Shown here one piece after another: positions 1 through 8,575 of a stretch of DNA of 43,265 bases. The notes beneath the pieces are model-generated. The model worked only from the letters and a program-made list of their open reading frames with translations, had not been told where the DNA came from and ran no database searches. The translations under genes were made by a program, and so were the position numbers. Position 1 is the first letter of the stretch. Each line of letters opens with the position of its first letter. The stretch lies in the sequence record PQ850619.1; one strand, 5' to 3'. Source of the stretch: Escherichia phage MarieHeimVoegtlin_Bas70.

Positions 1-39
1 GTGCGCTCTGATGGTCAGACGCATATGCAAGGGGATTCT

Positions 40-549
40 ATGAAGCTGAAACTTAAGCAGCCATCGCCAGAGGTGGTACAAGCTGCACATGAAGAAGCTG
101 TTAGCGCAAACCGTCGCCGTAAACGACCGCGCGGTAAACAGAGCCTTTATCAATCATCCCGTAATTCCGCCGCGTTGTGGGACCCGGACTATTGCGACGA
201 ACTGATTCGTTTCTTCGACCGCACGTCATGGAAACTTGTGCCCACGTCCAAAGGTGACGAACGCCCGCTGATTCAGGATAAACCACCGTCACTGGCCCGC
301 TTCGCCTTACACATCGGAGTCACTATCCCGATTATTAAGCTTTGGCTGCGTGAGATTCCCGCATTTGCAGAAGCCTGGGAGACAGCACAGGCGCTGGAAG
401 AGGCATACTTCACTGAAACGGGGGCCGCGGGCATCTCTGCTACGTTTGCTGCCGCGAAACTGGGCCTGAATAAAACAGTTGTCGCCGAAGAAGTACGCGA
501 CGAGCCAATCAGCGAAGTAACAATTAAGGTGGTGTCCGGTGAACGTTAA
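40..549 (+). CDS. terminase small subunit (putative)
   Basis: Frame is open from position 1 (GTG). Best start is ATG at 40, preceded by an AAGGGGA Shine-Dalgarno. Basic N-terminal stretch RRRKRPRGK. Sits immediately upstream of and overlaps the large terminase gene. Function inferred from position and composition only. Confidence 0.5.
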   Translation: MKLKLKQPSPEVVQAAHEEAVSANRRRKRPRGKQSLYQSSRNSAALWDPDYCDELIRFFDRTSWKLVPTSKGDERPLIQDKPPSLARFALHIGVTIPIIKLWLREIPAFAEAWETAQALEEAYFTETGAAGISATFAAAKLGLNKTVVAEEVRDEPISEVTIKVVSGER

Positions 550-1810
550 TATCACGGCAACGGAGCCGCAAGGCGCGTTTCTCGGTATGCATTGCAAGTT
601 TCCGGCATTCGTAGCTGGCTTCGGTACGGGTAAATCCGAAGTTATGTGCAACTCTGCACTACTCGACAGCATGGAAGGTGGTAGCGATTCTATCATCGCC
701 ATGTATGAGCCGACTTATGACCTGGTGCGCCTCATCCTTGCACCGCGTATGGAAGAAAAGCTCACCGACTGGGGTATCCGGTACAAATACAACAAGTCTG
801 ACAACATAATCTATACGTCTTCCGGACAATTTGGGGATTTTGTTCTGCGTACACTTGATAATCCAGCACGAATCGTTGGCTACGAATCGTTTCGTGCGAA
901 AATCGACGAGTTGGACACCCTTAACATGGAGCACGCCGAGCACGCGTGGAACAAAGTCATCGCCCGTAACCGCCAGTTGCCGCGGACATATAAACCTATT
1001 ACACCGAAACCTGCTAATACCGTTTCCGTGTTCACTACCCCGGAAGGATTCCGTTTCGTACATGACCGCTGGGTAGTCAAAAAGAATCCAGGCTACGAGA
1101 TGATTCAGGCGTCCACCCTGTCTAACCCGTTCCTGCCAGAAGATTATGTGCAGTCGTTACGCGACACATACCCAGGTCAGTTGATTGACGCCTACATCAA
1201 CGGCGAGTTCGTCAACCTGACGGCGGGGACTGTCTATTACGCCTATGACCGCAGGAAAAACAGCAGCCGCGAAACAATAAAACCAGGCGAGACTCTGTAT
1301 ATCGGGCAGGACTTTAACGTAGGCCACATGGCTAGTACAGTTTACGTGCAACGTGGCAAAGTCTGGCATGCAGTCGCCGAGTTGGTGGATATGTTCGATA
1401 CGCCCGATGTGGTGAGAGCCGTAACAGAGCGCTGGAAAAGTAAGGGCCACTATATCGTTATGTACCCCGACGCAAGCGGTAAAAACCGTAAAAGTAACAA
1501 CGCCAGCACATCTGATATTGCCCAGTTACAGCAGGCCGGCTTCGAAGTGCGCGCTAAATCGACAAACCCACCGGTTAAAGACCGCGTAGCGGCGATGAAT
1601 AAGGCGCTTGAATCTGGTATGGTCATGATTAATGAACAGGCTTGCCCTGTTACCGCACGATGCCTGGAGCAACAGGCTTACGACAAGAACGGCGAACCGG
1701 ATAAATCAGGCGGTGTGGACCACCAGAATGATGGAACCACATACCCTATCGCGTATGAAATGCCGATTCGCAAACCAGTTATTAACGTCCCGGTGACTTT
1801 CGCACTTTAA
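539..1810 (+). CDS. terL: terminase large subunit
   Basis: 423 aa. GTG start with AAGGTGG Shine-Dalgarno 6 nt upstream. Walker A-like GFGTGKS near the N-terminus. Followed directly by the portal gene. Confidence 0.8.
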   Translation: MNVNITATEPQGAFLGMHCKFPAFVAGFGTGKSEVMCNSALLDSMEGGSDSIIAMYEPTYDLVRLILAPRMEEKLTDWGIRYKYNKSDNIIYTSSGQFGDFVLRTLDNPARIVGYESFRAKIDELDTLNMEHAEHAWNKVIARNRQLPRTYKPITPKPANTVSVFTTPEGFRFVHDRWVVKKNPGYEMIQASTLSNPFLPEDYVQSLRDTYPGQLIDAYINGEFVNLTAGTVYYAYDRRKNSSRETIKPGETLYIGQDFNVGHMASTVYVQRGKVWHAVAELVDMFDTPDVVRAVTERWKSKGHYIVMYPDASGKNRKSNNASTSDIAQLQQAGFEVRAKSTNPPVKDRVAAMNKALESGMVMINEQACPVTARCLEQQAYDKNGEPDKSGGVDHQNDGTTYPIAYEMPIRKPVINVPVTFAL

Positions 1811-1822
1811 GAGGATTATTCA

Positions 1823-3304
1823 ATGTTAACTATGAACGGTCAGAATCAGGGTGTTAAGACAAAACACCGGGAATGGCTGCATCACTTCGATAAATGGCAG
1901 AAGGTACGCCACGCTCTTGAAGGCGACCTTATCCGCTATCTGCGCAACGTCGGGAAGAACGAGCCTGACCAGACCTACGCAGCACAGCGACAGGAAGAAT
2001 ACGAGAACGGCGCTATCTGCTACAATTTCACCAAACGCACGCTGGCGGGGATGACGGGGTCAGTGATGCGCAAAGACCCTGAGCAGATTATCCCGCCTGA
2101 ACTTGAGTACCTGTTGCACAACGCTGACGGTTCAGGTGTCGGGCTGTGGCAGCACGCGCAGGATACGCTGATGGAGATTAACTCGATAGGCCGTGGCGGG
2201 TTGCTGGTGGACGCCCCGGAAACAGCCGCAGCAACGGCGGCAGAGCAGAACGCGGGATTATTAAACCCGGTAATCGCATTCTATACCGCGGAGAACATTA
2301 TCAACTGGAGACTCACCCGCATCGGTTCAGTGAACCGCGTGACGATGGTTGTATTGCGTGAGGCATGGGAATACTCGGAACCAGGCGCTGAGTTTGAAAC
2401 AAAATTCGGCGAGCAATACCGCGTCCTTGACCTGATTGACGGTCGCTACCGCCAGCGCATCTACCGCTTCGATGCCGAAGGTGGCGCACAGGATGAAGTA
2501 ATCGAAATCTTCCCGGAACTCGGCGAACAGTTGCGCGGTAAAATCCCGTTCACGTTCATTGGCGCAAGCAACAACGACGCCACTATAGACGATGCGCCTT
2601 TACTGCCGTTAGCTGAGCTAAATATAGGACACTTCAGAAATTCGGCCGATGTGGAAGAGGCCAGCTTTATAGTAGGTCAACCGACACTGTTCATTGCCCC
2701 CGGCGAGAACATGAGCATGGAGCAGTGGAAAGAAGCCAACCCACACGGCATACGCATGGGGTCGCGTTCAGGCCACAACATCGGCTCCGGCGGAAATGCG
2801 TTTCTGGTTCAGGCGGCGGAAACTAACCTCGCCAAACAGAATATGCTGGATAAAGAGAATCAGGCCATCCAGATTGGCGCGCAGCTTATCACCCCGACGC
2901 AGCAAATCACCGCGGAATCGGCCCGCCTGCAACGCGGCGCCGACACGTCAGTCATGGCAACAATAGCACGTAATGTAAGCATGGCGTATACCGATGCGTT
3001 GCGCTGGGTTGCGGGTATGCTTGGGCTTAGTGAAGATACTGAGATTGAGTTCAAGCTGAATATGGAATTCTTCCTGCAACCTATGACAGCTCAGGACCGC
3101 GCTCAGTGGATGGCGGATATTAACGCTGGCCTGCTACCCGCCACCGCTTACTATGCTGCGTTGCGCAAGGCAGGTGTGACTGACTGGACAGATGAGGACA
3201 TTCAGAACGCTATTGAAGACGCACCTCTGCCGTTGGGTTCTGTTGCTCAGGTAGCGGGAGAGATTCCGCAGTCGGCGCAGCAACAGGACACCACTCAGCA
3301 GTAA
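1823..3304 (+). CDS. portal protein
   Basis: 493 aa ORF immediately after terL and before the head morphogenesis gene. Acidic Q-rich C-terminus. Call rests on size and gene order. Confidence 0.75.
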   Translation: MLTMNGQNQGVKTKHREWLHHFDKWQKVRHALEGDLIRYLRNVGKNEPDQTYAAQRQEEYENGAICYNFTKRTLAGMTGSVMRKDPEQIIPPELEYLLHNADGSGVGLWQHAQDTLMEINSIGRGGLLVDAPETAAATAAEQNAGLLNPVIAFYTAENIINWRLTRIGSVNRVTMVVLREAWEYSEPGAEFETKFGEQYRVLDLIDGRYRQRIYRFDAEGGAQDEVIEIFPELGEQLRGKIPFTFIGASNNDATIDDAPLLPLAELNIGHFRNSADVEEASFIVGQPTLFIAPGENMSMEQWKEANPHGIRMGSRSGHNIGSGGNAFLVQAAETNLAKQNMLDKENQAIQIGAQLITPTQQITAESARLQRGADTSVMATIARNVSMAYTDALRWVAGMLGLSEDTEIEFKLNMEFFLQPMTAQDRAQWMADINAGLLPATAYYAALRKAGVTDWTDEDIQNAIEDAPLPLGSVAQVAGEIPQSAQQQDTTQQ

Positions 3305-3314
3305 GTTCACCTAT

Positions 3315-3336
3315 AGCCCCGAAAGGGGCTTTCTTA
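3315..3336 (+). terminator. hairpin with GAAA loop followed by TTCTT
   Basis: agcccc-gaaa-ggggct stem-loop followed by a short T-run, directly after the portal stop. Confidence 0.45.
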
Positions 3337-3373
3337 TAGTATGCTATTAACTTTAGCGCCACAGGGTTGATCT

Positions 3374-4417
3374 ATGAGCTTACTTACATCCCTAATCAGC
3401 CATCAGATATGGCTGCAACGCACCGCATCCGGTGAGGTGAAAGACCTCACGCCGTTCATTCAGGAGATAAGGGATGAAATCAAACGGCAGGTGCTGTTAT
3501 TCGGTGACGACGGTCGCAGCACTGCGCGACTGAATAAACTGTTACGCGACCTGGAAGAAGCACTAACCGGTATTACGGGTGACTGGCAAACAAAGCTAAC
3601 AGACGACCTTAAGGAACTGGCGGCGTACGAGGCTGAGTGGAACGTAAAGACACTGACCGCCAACGTAGACGCGGAATTTGTTACGCCTACCGCTGAGCAG
3701 GTATGGGCCGCTGCCGAGTTTCAACCATTATCATTGAGCGACAAGCCCGTTGATTTCACCAAGCTGATGTCTGGATGGGGCGAAACGGAAGTAGCACGTC
3801 TTGTAACTGGAGTTAAGATGGGCTTTGTGCAAGGTCAAACCACACGGCAGATTGTTAAGAATGTTGTTGGCGCTGGTGGACTAGCCGACATCTCAGAACG
3901 TAACGCGACTACGGTAATCCGCACCGCGCTGTCCCACGTATCCAACGAGGCCCGTAACGAGACGTACCGCCAGAACGACGACATCATCGAGAAGTACGAG
4001 TGGGTGTCAACGCTTGACAGCCGCACCAGTACGATTTGCAGGGTCAGAGACGGGATGACGTGGGAAATTGGTAAGGGGCCGATGCCCCCAGCCCATCCGA
4101 ACTGCCGGTCGTGCACGGCTCCGGTAATCAGTTCCGAGTTCGACTTCCTCGATAAAGGCGCAAAACGCGCGGCTAAAGGCGCGGAAGGTGGCACTCAGGT
4201 AAGCGCAGACACCACTTACTACGAGTTCCTTAAACAACAACCGGCGTGGTTTCAGGACCAGGCGCTCGGCCCGGTGCGAGGTAAGATTTTCCGTAACAGC
4301 GGTATATCGCCGGAAGAGTTTCGCGTAATATCTGTAGATGGTTTCGGGAATCCGCTCACGCTTAAGCAGATGGCGGAACTCGATAAACGTGTTGCTGATT
4401 ATCTGAAAGGGGAATAA
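3374..4417 (+). CDS. head morphogenesis protein (Mu F-like / SPP1 gp7-like minor head protein)
   Basis: 347 aa ORF after the portal gene, the usual position of this family. ATG start. Confidence 0.65.
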   Translation: MSLLTSLISHQIWLQRTASGEVKDLTPFIQEIRDEIKRQVLLFGDDGRSTARLNKLLRDLEEALTGITGDWQTKLTDDLKELAAYEAEWNVKTLTANVDAEFVTPTAEQVWAAAEFQPLSLSDKPVDFTKLMSGWGETEVARLVTGVKMGFVQGQTTRQIVKNVVGAGGLADISERNATTVIRTALSHVSNEARNETYRQNDDIIEKYEWVSTLDSRTSTICRVRDGMTWEIGKGPMPPAHPNCRSCTAPVISSEFDFLDKGAKRAAKGAEGGTQVSADTTYYEFLKQQPAWFQDQALGPVRGKIFRNSGISPEEFRVISVDGFGNPLTLKQMAELDKRVADYLKGE

Positions 4418-4878
4418 TGATGGGCTTTTTCAAAGTAACTGACGTACCGTCTCGTCGCGTAGTCCAGTACGCCCGCGTGTCTGGCTCTGGCGAGAACGTG
4501 GTATTTATTGAGGACGAAAGTGTACTCGGTACACCGGTAGATGATATGCCGTTTGCAGATAAAACCGGTATTGCGTTGCCCGCCGCCGGTATGCTTTATG
4601 AAATTCCGTATCTGGCGGACGCTGGCGACGTGTATTTCTCTGCGCAACCGCAGGACGCTGAACTGGCGGGCGGCAGCGCAACCATCACTGTCGAGGTTAA
4701 GGCAGGCAAAGCGCCGTATTCTCTGACCTGGTACAAAGACGGTAAGGAAGTGGTGAATGCGCCTGAGGAGGCTCTGTCTCTGACGGTTAATGCGGTCGGC
4801 GAATACTTCGTTAAAGTTACTGATGCCGATGGAGTAGAGGCGGTAAGCAAAGCGGCGAAGGTTACTAAGCCAGAATGA
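4417..4878 (+). CDS. Ig-like domain protein (possible capsid decoration or accessory)
   Basis: 153 aa. C-terminal segment KAPYSLTWYKDGKEV...GEYFVKVTDADG matches the Ig-like strand pattern also seen in the 8189-8539 protein. TAATG overlap with the upstream gene. Confidence 0.5.
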   Translation: MMGFFKVTDVPSRRVVQYARVSGSGENVVFIEDESVLGTPVDDMPFADKTGIALPAAGMLYEIPYLADAGDVYFSAQPQDAELAGGSATITVEVKAGKAPYSLTWYKDGKEVVNAPEEALSLTVNAVGEYFVKVTDADGVEAVSKAAKVTKPE

Positions 4879-4883
4879 TAAAA

Positions 4884-4908
4884 GGCCCCATTATGGGGCC
4901 TTAGTTTT
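4884..4908. terminator. bidirectional intrinsic terminator
   Basis: ggcccc-attat-ggggcc hairpin flanked by AAAA on the 5' side and TTAGTTTT on the 3' side. Sits between convergent genes ending at 4878 (+) and 4908 (-). Confidence 0.6.
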
Positions 4909-5111
4909 CAACGGAATCTTGTGTTTAAATCCTGCTCATGGACAACCCTCAGAACAGTGTCATAATCCCCGTATCTTCCAGGTTCAAATATATCTAATGC
5001 CTTGTAAGCAGACATTGCGTCAGGGAAAACCTGCAGAACCTTTTTAACCCGGCACAAGTCACCGTCGAACTCTTCATCGAACTCTTGAACTACTTCGCAA
5101 ATTGCATACAT
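4908..5111 (-). CDS. hypothetical protein (antisense moron in head module)
   Basis: 67 aa. ATG with strong AGGAGGTG Shine-Dalgarno. Own promoter at 5136-5167 and terminator at 4884-4908. Opposite orientation to the surrounding structural genes. Confidence 0.55.
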   Translation of the reverse strand: MYAICEVVQEFDEEFDGDLCRVKKVLQVFPDAMSAYKALDIFEPGRYGDYDTVLRVVHEQDLNTRFR

Positions 5112-5135
5112 TTTTCACCTCCTGTTTAAGTTAAC

Positions 5136-5167
5136 TGAATAGTACCCTATTATATTGGGGTGTGCAA
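5136..5167 (-). promoter_or_regulatory. sigma70-like promoter (TTGCAC-N17-TACTAT) with embedded AATAG-N4-CTATT palindrome
   Basis: Read on the minus strand: TTGCAC, 17-nt spacer accccaatataataggg, TACTAT. The 32-bp block is identical to 14240-14271. Confidence 0.55.
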
Positions 5168-5442
5168 ACTATTTATTTACGTATTCCAGTTATTCCTCCG
5201 AATTGTAAATGTTGGAATAAACTATTCGAATAGTTGACTTTTCACTAAAAATATGATAAGCTCCACCTGAGCTTGTGAAGTATGAACAAGCGACCGCGGC
5301 GCGGGCAGGTAACGGAGCGGGACGTAAGTCCTGAGTGTAGTTACGCTGACGCGTTCGGAAGGGCCATACTCTATTGCTTGTGTAAAAAGTAACTGGTTTA
5401 CTGAGATTACGCCGTTTCTATGTTTAAATGATAAGGACTAGC

Positions 5443-5469
5443 GCCCCGCTTTATGGCGGGGCTTTACTT
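5443..5469 (+). terminator. hairpin, weak terminator or attenuator
   Basis: gccccgc-tttatg-gcggggc perfect 7-bp stem followed by TTTACTT, just upstream of the spanin gene Shine-Dalgarno. Confidence 0.35.
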
Positions 5470-5486
5470 ATCGAGAAAGGGGAAAC

Positions 5487-5873
5487 ATGAATCTTAAAGC
5501 AACTGTCGTAGCAGGAGCATGTTTCATCATCCTGGTTTACGCACACGGCATCTACCAGTATCGCAGCGGATGGAACGAAGGCCGGGCTAATCTCGTTTCG
5601 CAGCAACAGCAGAAAGCACAGGCTGAGTTAGCGAAGAAAACACAACGGCAGCAGCAGGATGAATCGAAGGCCGCCGCCGCTGACAACGAAGGCAAGACGA
5701 AATCAGAGGTGATTACCCGTGAAGTCGTTAAGTACATTAAAACGCCTGGTCGCAGTGTGTGCGCTTTTGACCCTGAGCGCGTGCAGCTCAAGTCCCGCGC
5801 CGTCGCAAACGCCAACTCCATCCCCGGATACGACGATGATGCAGCCGCCGTGCAAACTGGCACCGCCAAGTAG
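5487..5873 (+). CDS. i-spanin (Rz-like inner membrane spanin)
   Basis: 128 aa. N-terminal transmembrane segment ATVVAGACFIILVYAHGIY. Then a Q/K/E-rich predicted coiled-coil periplasmic region. An overlapping +1-frame lipoprotein gene follows. Confidence 0.6.
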   Translation: MNLKATVVAGACFIILVYAHGIYQYRSGWNEGRANLVSQQQQKAQAELAKKTQRQQQDESKAAAADNEGKTKSEVITREVVKYIKTPGRSVCAFDPERVQLKSRAVANANSIPGYDDDAAAVQTGTAK

Positions 5874-5982
5874 CGACGCCGACGAGGATTTGGCTATCGA
5901 CGTTCAGAACGCTGAATGTGTACGGCAACTGAGGCTGAAAGTGTTTATGTTGCAGGATTACGTGAGGAATATTCTGGAATAG
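5719..5982 (+). CDS. o-spanin (Rz1-like outer membrane lipoprotein)
   Basis: 87 aa. GTG start with AGAGGTGA Shine-Dalgarno. Signal peptide ending in lipobox LSAC. Proline-rich mature region SSSPAPSQTPTPSP. Starts inside the i-spanin gene in another frame and extends past its stop. Confidence 0.55.
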   Translation: MKSLSTLKRLVAVCALLTLSACSSSPAPSQTPTPSPDTTMMQPPCKLAPPSSDADEDLAIDVQNAECVRQLRLKVFMLQDYVRNILE

Positions 5983-6064
5983 TTGCCTTGCATGTTGGAA
6001 TAATTTATTCTTGACATGTAAATCCGGGTGGCCCGGGTTCCAACGTCCAGGGGACATACTGACT

Positions 6065-6769
6065 ATGAATCGTTTTTTACGTTATCCGTTCCAGGAAGAA
6101 GCTGGGGCAGAAGATAAAGCTGGTGGCGGTGACGCGCCGAAAATGTTCACCGCTGAAGAAGTTCAGGCGCTGATTGAGAAAGAAGTTGCCGGGCTTAAGG
6201 CTAATCAGGAAGCATTGTTGGCGGAGAAGAAAGAAGCCGCTCGCAAAGCAAAAGAGGCCGAAGAAGAACGGCAGCGCGCGCACCAGGAGGCGTTAAAAGC
6301 CGCTGGTAAGATGGACGAGTTCGAAAAGACGATTCGTAGCCAGTATGACCCGGTGTTAGCCGAGAAAGACGGTCGCATCTCCAGAATGGCAGAGCGTATC
6401 CTCGGCAGCGAACGTAAAGCGGTGCTAGGCTCTTTCGCGGGTGACTTTATTACCCCGGAAGCAGTGGACATTCTTGCGCCGTTCGTTAAGACTGAGTTCG
6501 AAGGCGATGATGTGGTTACTAAGTTTGTTGGTGCAGACGGTAACGTAATCACGACTGACCCGGAACAGTTCCGCAAATACCTGCGCGAACACAAGGCGTT
6601 TTCGCATTTGATTAAAGCAAATGCAGCTTCCGGCGGCGGGGCTTCCGGTAGCAAAGGCGGCGGGGCCGCACCAGCGTTTAAAGACATGAGTGAAGCGGAG
6701 CGTATCGCTCTGTACGAATCGAACCCTGCCGAATTTGAACGGCAACTTAAAGCCCTGAGGAAAAAATAA
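6065..6769 (+). CDS. scaffolding protein (putative)
   Basis: ATG at 6065 with AGGGGA Shine-Dalgarno; track ORF begins upstream at 6011. Charged A/E/K-rich helical sequence. Immediately precedes the capsid gene with an ATGA overlap. Confidence 0.5.
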   Translation: MNRFLRYPFQEEAGAEDKAGGGDAPKMFTAEEVQALIEKEVAGLKANQEALLAEKKEAARKAKEAEEERQRAHQEALKAAGKMDEFEKTIRSQYDPVLAEKDGRISRMAERILGSERKAVLGSFAGDFITPEAVDILAPFVKTEFEGDDVVTKFVGADGNVITTDPEQFRKYLREHKAFSHLIKANAASGGGASGSKGGGAAPAFKDMSEAERIALYESNPAEFERQLKALRKK

Positions 6770-7818
6770 TGGCAATTACTACTATCGGCGACATCGTAAC
6801 TGGTAAAGAATCGGTAATCCTGTCCTACATGACAGAGGACCCGGTAGAGAAAACCGCGTTCTTCCAGTCCGGTATCCTTACCTCGACTCCGTATGCCGCC
6901 GCTATCGCAAACGGCCCGTCCAACAAAGCGGTCCTGCCGTACTGGAAAGCTATTGATACCTCTATCGAGCCGAACTACTCGAACGACGTATATCAGGACG
7001 TCGCCACCCCGCGTAACGTGCAAACCGGTGAGATGGATGTTCGCGTAGCTTACCTGAACGAAGGTTTTGGTCAGGCTGACCTGACGGTAGAACTGACCAG
7101 CCAGAATCCGCTGCAATCCGTGGCTTCCCGTCTGGATAACTTCTGGCAGCGTCAGGCACAACGCCGTCTTATTGCTACCGCGCTCGGTCTGTACAATGAC
7201 AACGTAGCGGCTACCGATGCATACCACGAGCAGAATGACATGGTGATCGACGTTTCCGCTACTATGGGCTTCGACTCCGGTGCGTTCATCGACGCTACCC
7301 AGACTATGGGTGACGCGCTGATGGGTAACGGCGGTGAAGTGCTGGGGGCTATCGCGATGCACAGCTTCGTTTATGCGCAGGCTCGTAAGCAGCAGCTTAT
7401 CGACTTCATCCGTGATGCTGACAACAACACCATGTTCGCCACCTACCAGGGCTACCGTGTGATTGTTGACGACAGCATGACCGTAGTCGGTACTGGCGGC
7501 AGCCGTAAGTTCATCTCCATCATCTTCGGCAACGGCGCTATCGGTTACGGTGAAGGTTCTCCGTCAAACCCGCTGGAATACGAGCGCGAAGCGTCTCGCG
7601 GCAACGGCGGTGGCGTCGAAACCCTGTGGACCCGTAAGACCTGGTTGCTGCATCCGTTTGGTTACAGCTTCACCAGCGCAGTAATCACTGGCAACGGCAC
7701 CGAGACTATCGCCCGCTCTGCTTCATGGCAGGACCTGGCGAACGCTTCCAACTGGAACCGCGTTGTTGAGCGTAAGCATGTACCGATTGCCTTCCTGGTA
7801 ACTGGTGTCGGGGCTTAA
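6769..7818 (+). CDS. major capsid protein
   Basis: 349 aa ORF after the scaffold gene, followed by a strong hairpin terminator. Call rests on position and size. Confidence 0.65.
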   Translation: MAITTIGDIVTGKESVILSYMTEDPVEKTAFFQSGILTSTPYAAAIANGPSNKAVLPYWKAIDTSIEPNYSNDVYQDVATPRNVQTGEMDVRVAYLNEGFGQADLTVELTSQNPLQSVASRLDNFWQRQAQRRLIATALGLYNDNVAATDAYHEQNDMVIDVSATMGFDSGAFIDATQTMGDALMGNGGEVLGAIAMHSFVYAQARKQQLIDFIRDADNNTMFATYQGYRVIVDDSMTVVGTGGSRKFISIIFGNGAIGYGEGSPSNPLEYEREASRGNGGGVETLWTRKTWLLHPFGYSFTSAVITGNGTETIARSASWQDLANASNWNRVVERKHVPIAFLVTGVGA

Positions 7819-7834
7819 GGTTAAGATATAATCG

Positions 7835-7862
7835 AGAGGGACTTCGGTCCCTCTTTTCATTT
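7835..7862 (+). terminator. intrinsic terminator (UUCG-loop hairpin plus T-run)
   Basis: agagggac-ttcg-gtccctct followed by TTTCATTT, directly after the capsid gene. Confidence 0.6.
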
Positions 7863-7877
7863 ACTAAGAGGTAAATT

Positions 7878-8176
7878 ATGGCTAAGACCGGAAAAGGCTT
7901 GCCTCGCAGCCTTCAGAATGTCGACTTCGGCGACTTTGACATCCCAGTAACGCCGGCTACTACCAGCGTAGTTGGTGGGGTTAAAAAGTCAGCTACTGTA
8001 GCCGCCCCGCGGCCATTACCGCTGCCGCCGGGTCGCAGTCCGCTGCGGACCCGACTAAGACCGAGTTCGATGCCCTTGTAGCCGAGTACAACAAACTTCG
8101 AACTGATGCAACCGCGCTGCGCACTACCGTAGCAAATCTGTTGACTGCGCTTAAAAATGCAGGAACTGTAAGCTAA
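7878..8176 (+). CDS. hypothetical virion protein with apparent -1 frameshift
   Basis: ATG at 7878 with AAGAGGTAA Shine-Dalgarno opens frame 0, which stops at 8081 after a Pro/Arg-rich tail. Frame -1 is open from 7985 to 8176 with a coding-like sequence (AITAAAGSQSAADPTKTEFDALVAEYNKLRTDATALRTTVANLLTALKNAGTVS), has no usable start codon, and ends right before the next gene's Shine-Dalgarno. Candidate slip site TTAAAAAG at 7981-7988. Confidence 0.4.
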
Positions 8177-8188
8177 AGGAGCTTAAAA

Positions 8189-8539
8189 ATGGTTGATGTA
8201 ATCAAACGTCGTATTACTGGTGTTTCTGATGATTCTCCTGCCGATGGTCAGGTTGAAATCGATATGGCGAATATCTCGCCCGCATCTTTTTCTACCGCAC
8301 TTGCCGCTACCACTACCAAGTCTACGGGGCAGACGATGACTCTTACCGTAGCCGTAACTGGCGGTCTGGCCCCGTACACATACCAGTGGTACAAAGATAA
8401 CAACGCTATCCCAGGCGCTACCGCCGCCACCTACGAGAAAACTTCGCTCGCTACTACCGATTCCGGTACGTATAAAGTGGTTGTCCACGATGTATATGGT
8501 AATATTATCTCCAGCAGCACCGTAGCAACTGTATCTTAA
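8189..8539 (+). CDS. Ig-like domain protein
   Basis: 116 aa. Segment GGLAPYTYQWYKDNNAIPG...GTYKVVVHDVYGN parallels the Ig-like segment of the 4417-4878 protein. AAGGAG Shine-Dalgarno. Confidence 0.5.
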   Translation: MVDVIKRRITGVSDDSPADGQVEIDMANISPASFSTALAATTTKSTGQTMTLTVAVTGGLAPYTYQWYKDNNAIPGATAATYEKTSLATTDSGTYKVVVHDVYGNIISSSTVATVS

Positions 8540-8575
8540 TACCGCGGCCCTTCGGGGCCGTAATAAGGAAAGGTC

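Noticed and set aside
6205-7362. 385-aa ORF on the minus strand
   Set aside because: Lies entirely antisense to the scaffold and capsid genes, has no ribosome-binding site context, and translates to low-complexity Ser/Arg-rich sequence. Treated as a chance open frame.
8545-8560. cggccc-ttcg-gggccg hairpin as an intrinsic terminator
   Set aside because: A stable stem-loop, but followed by TAATAAGG rather than a T-run, and the next gene starts 16 nt later. More likely an mRNA stability or processing element.
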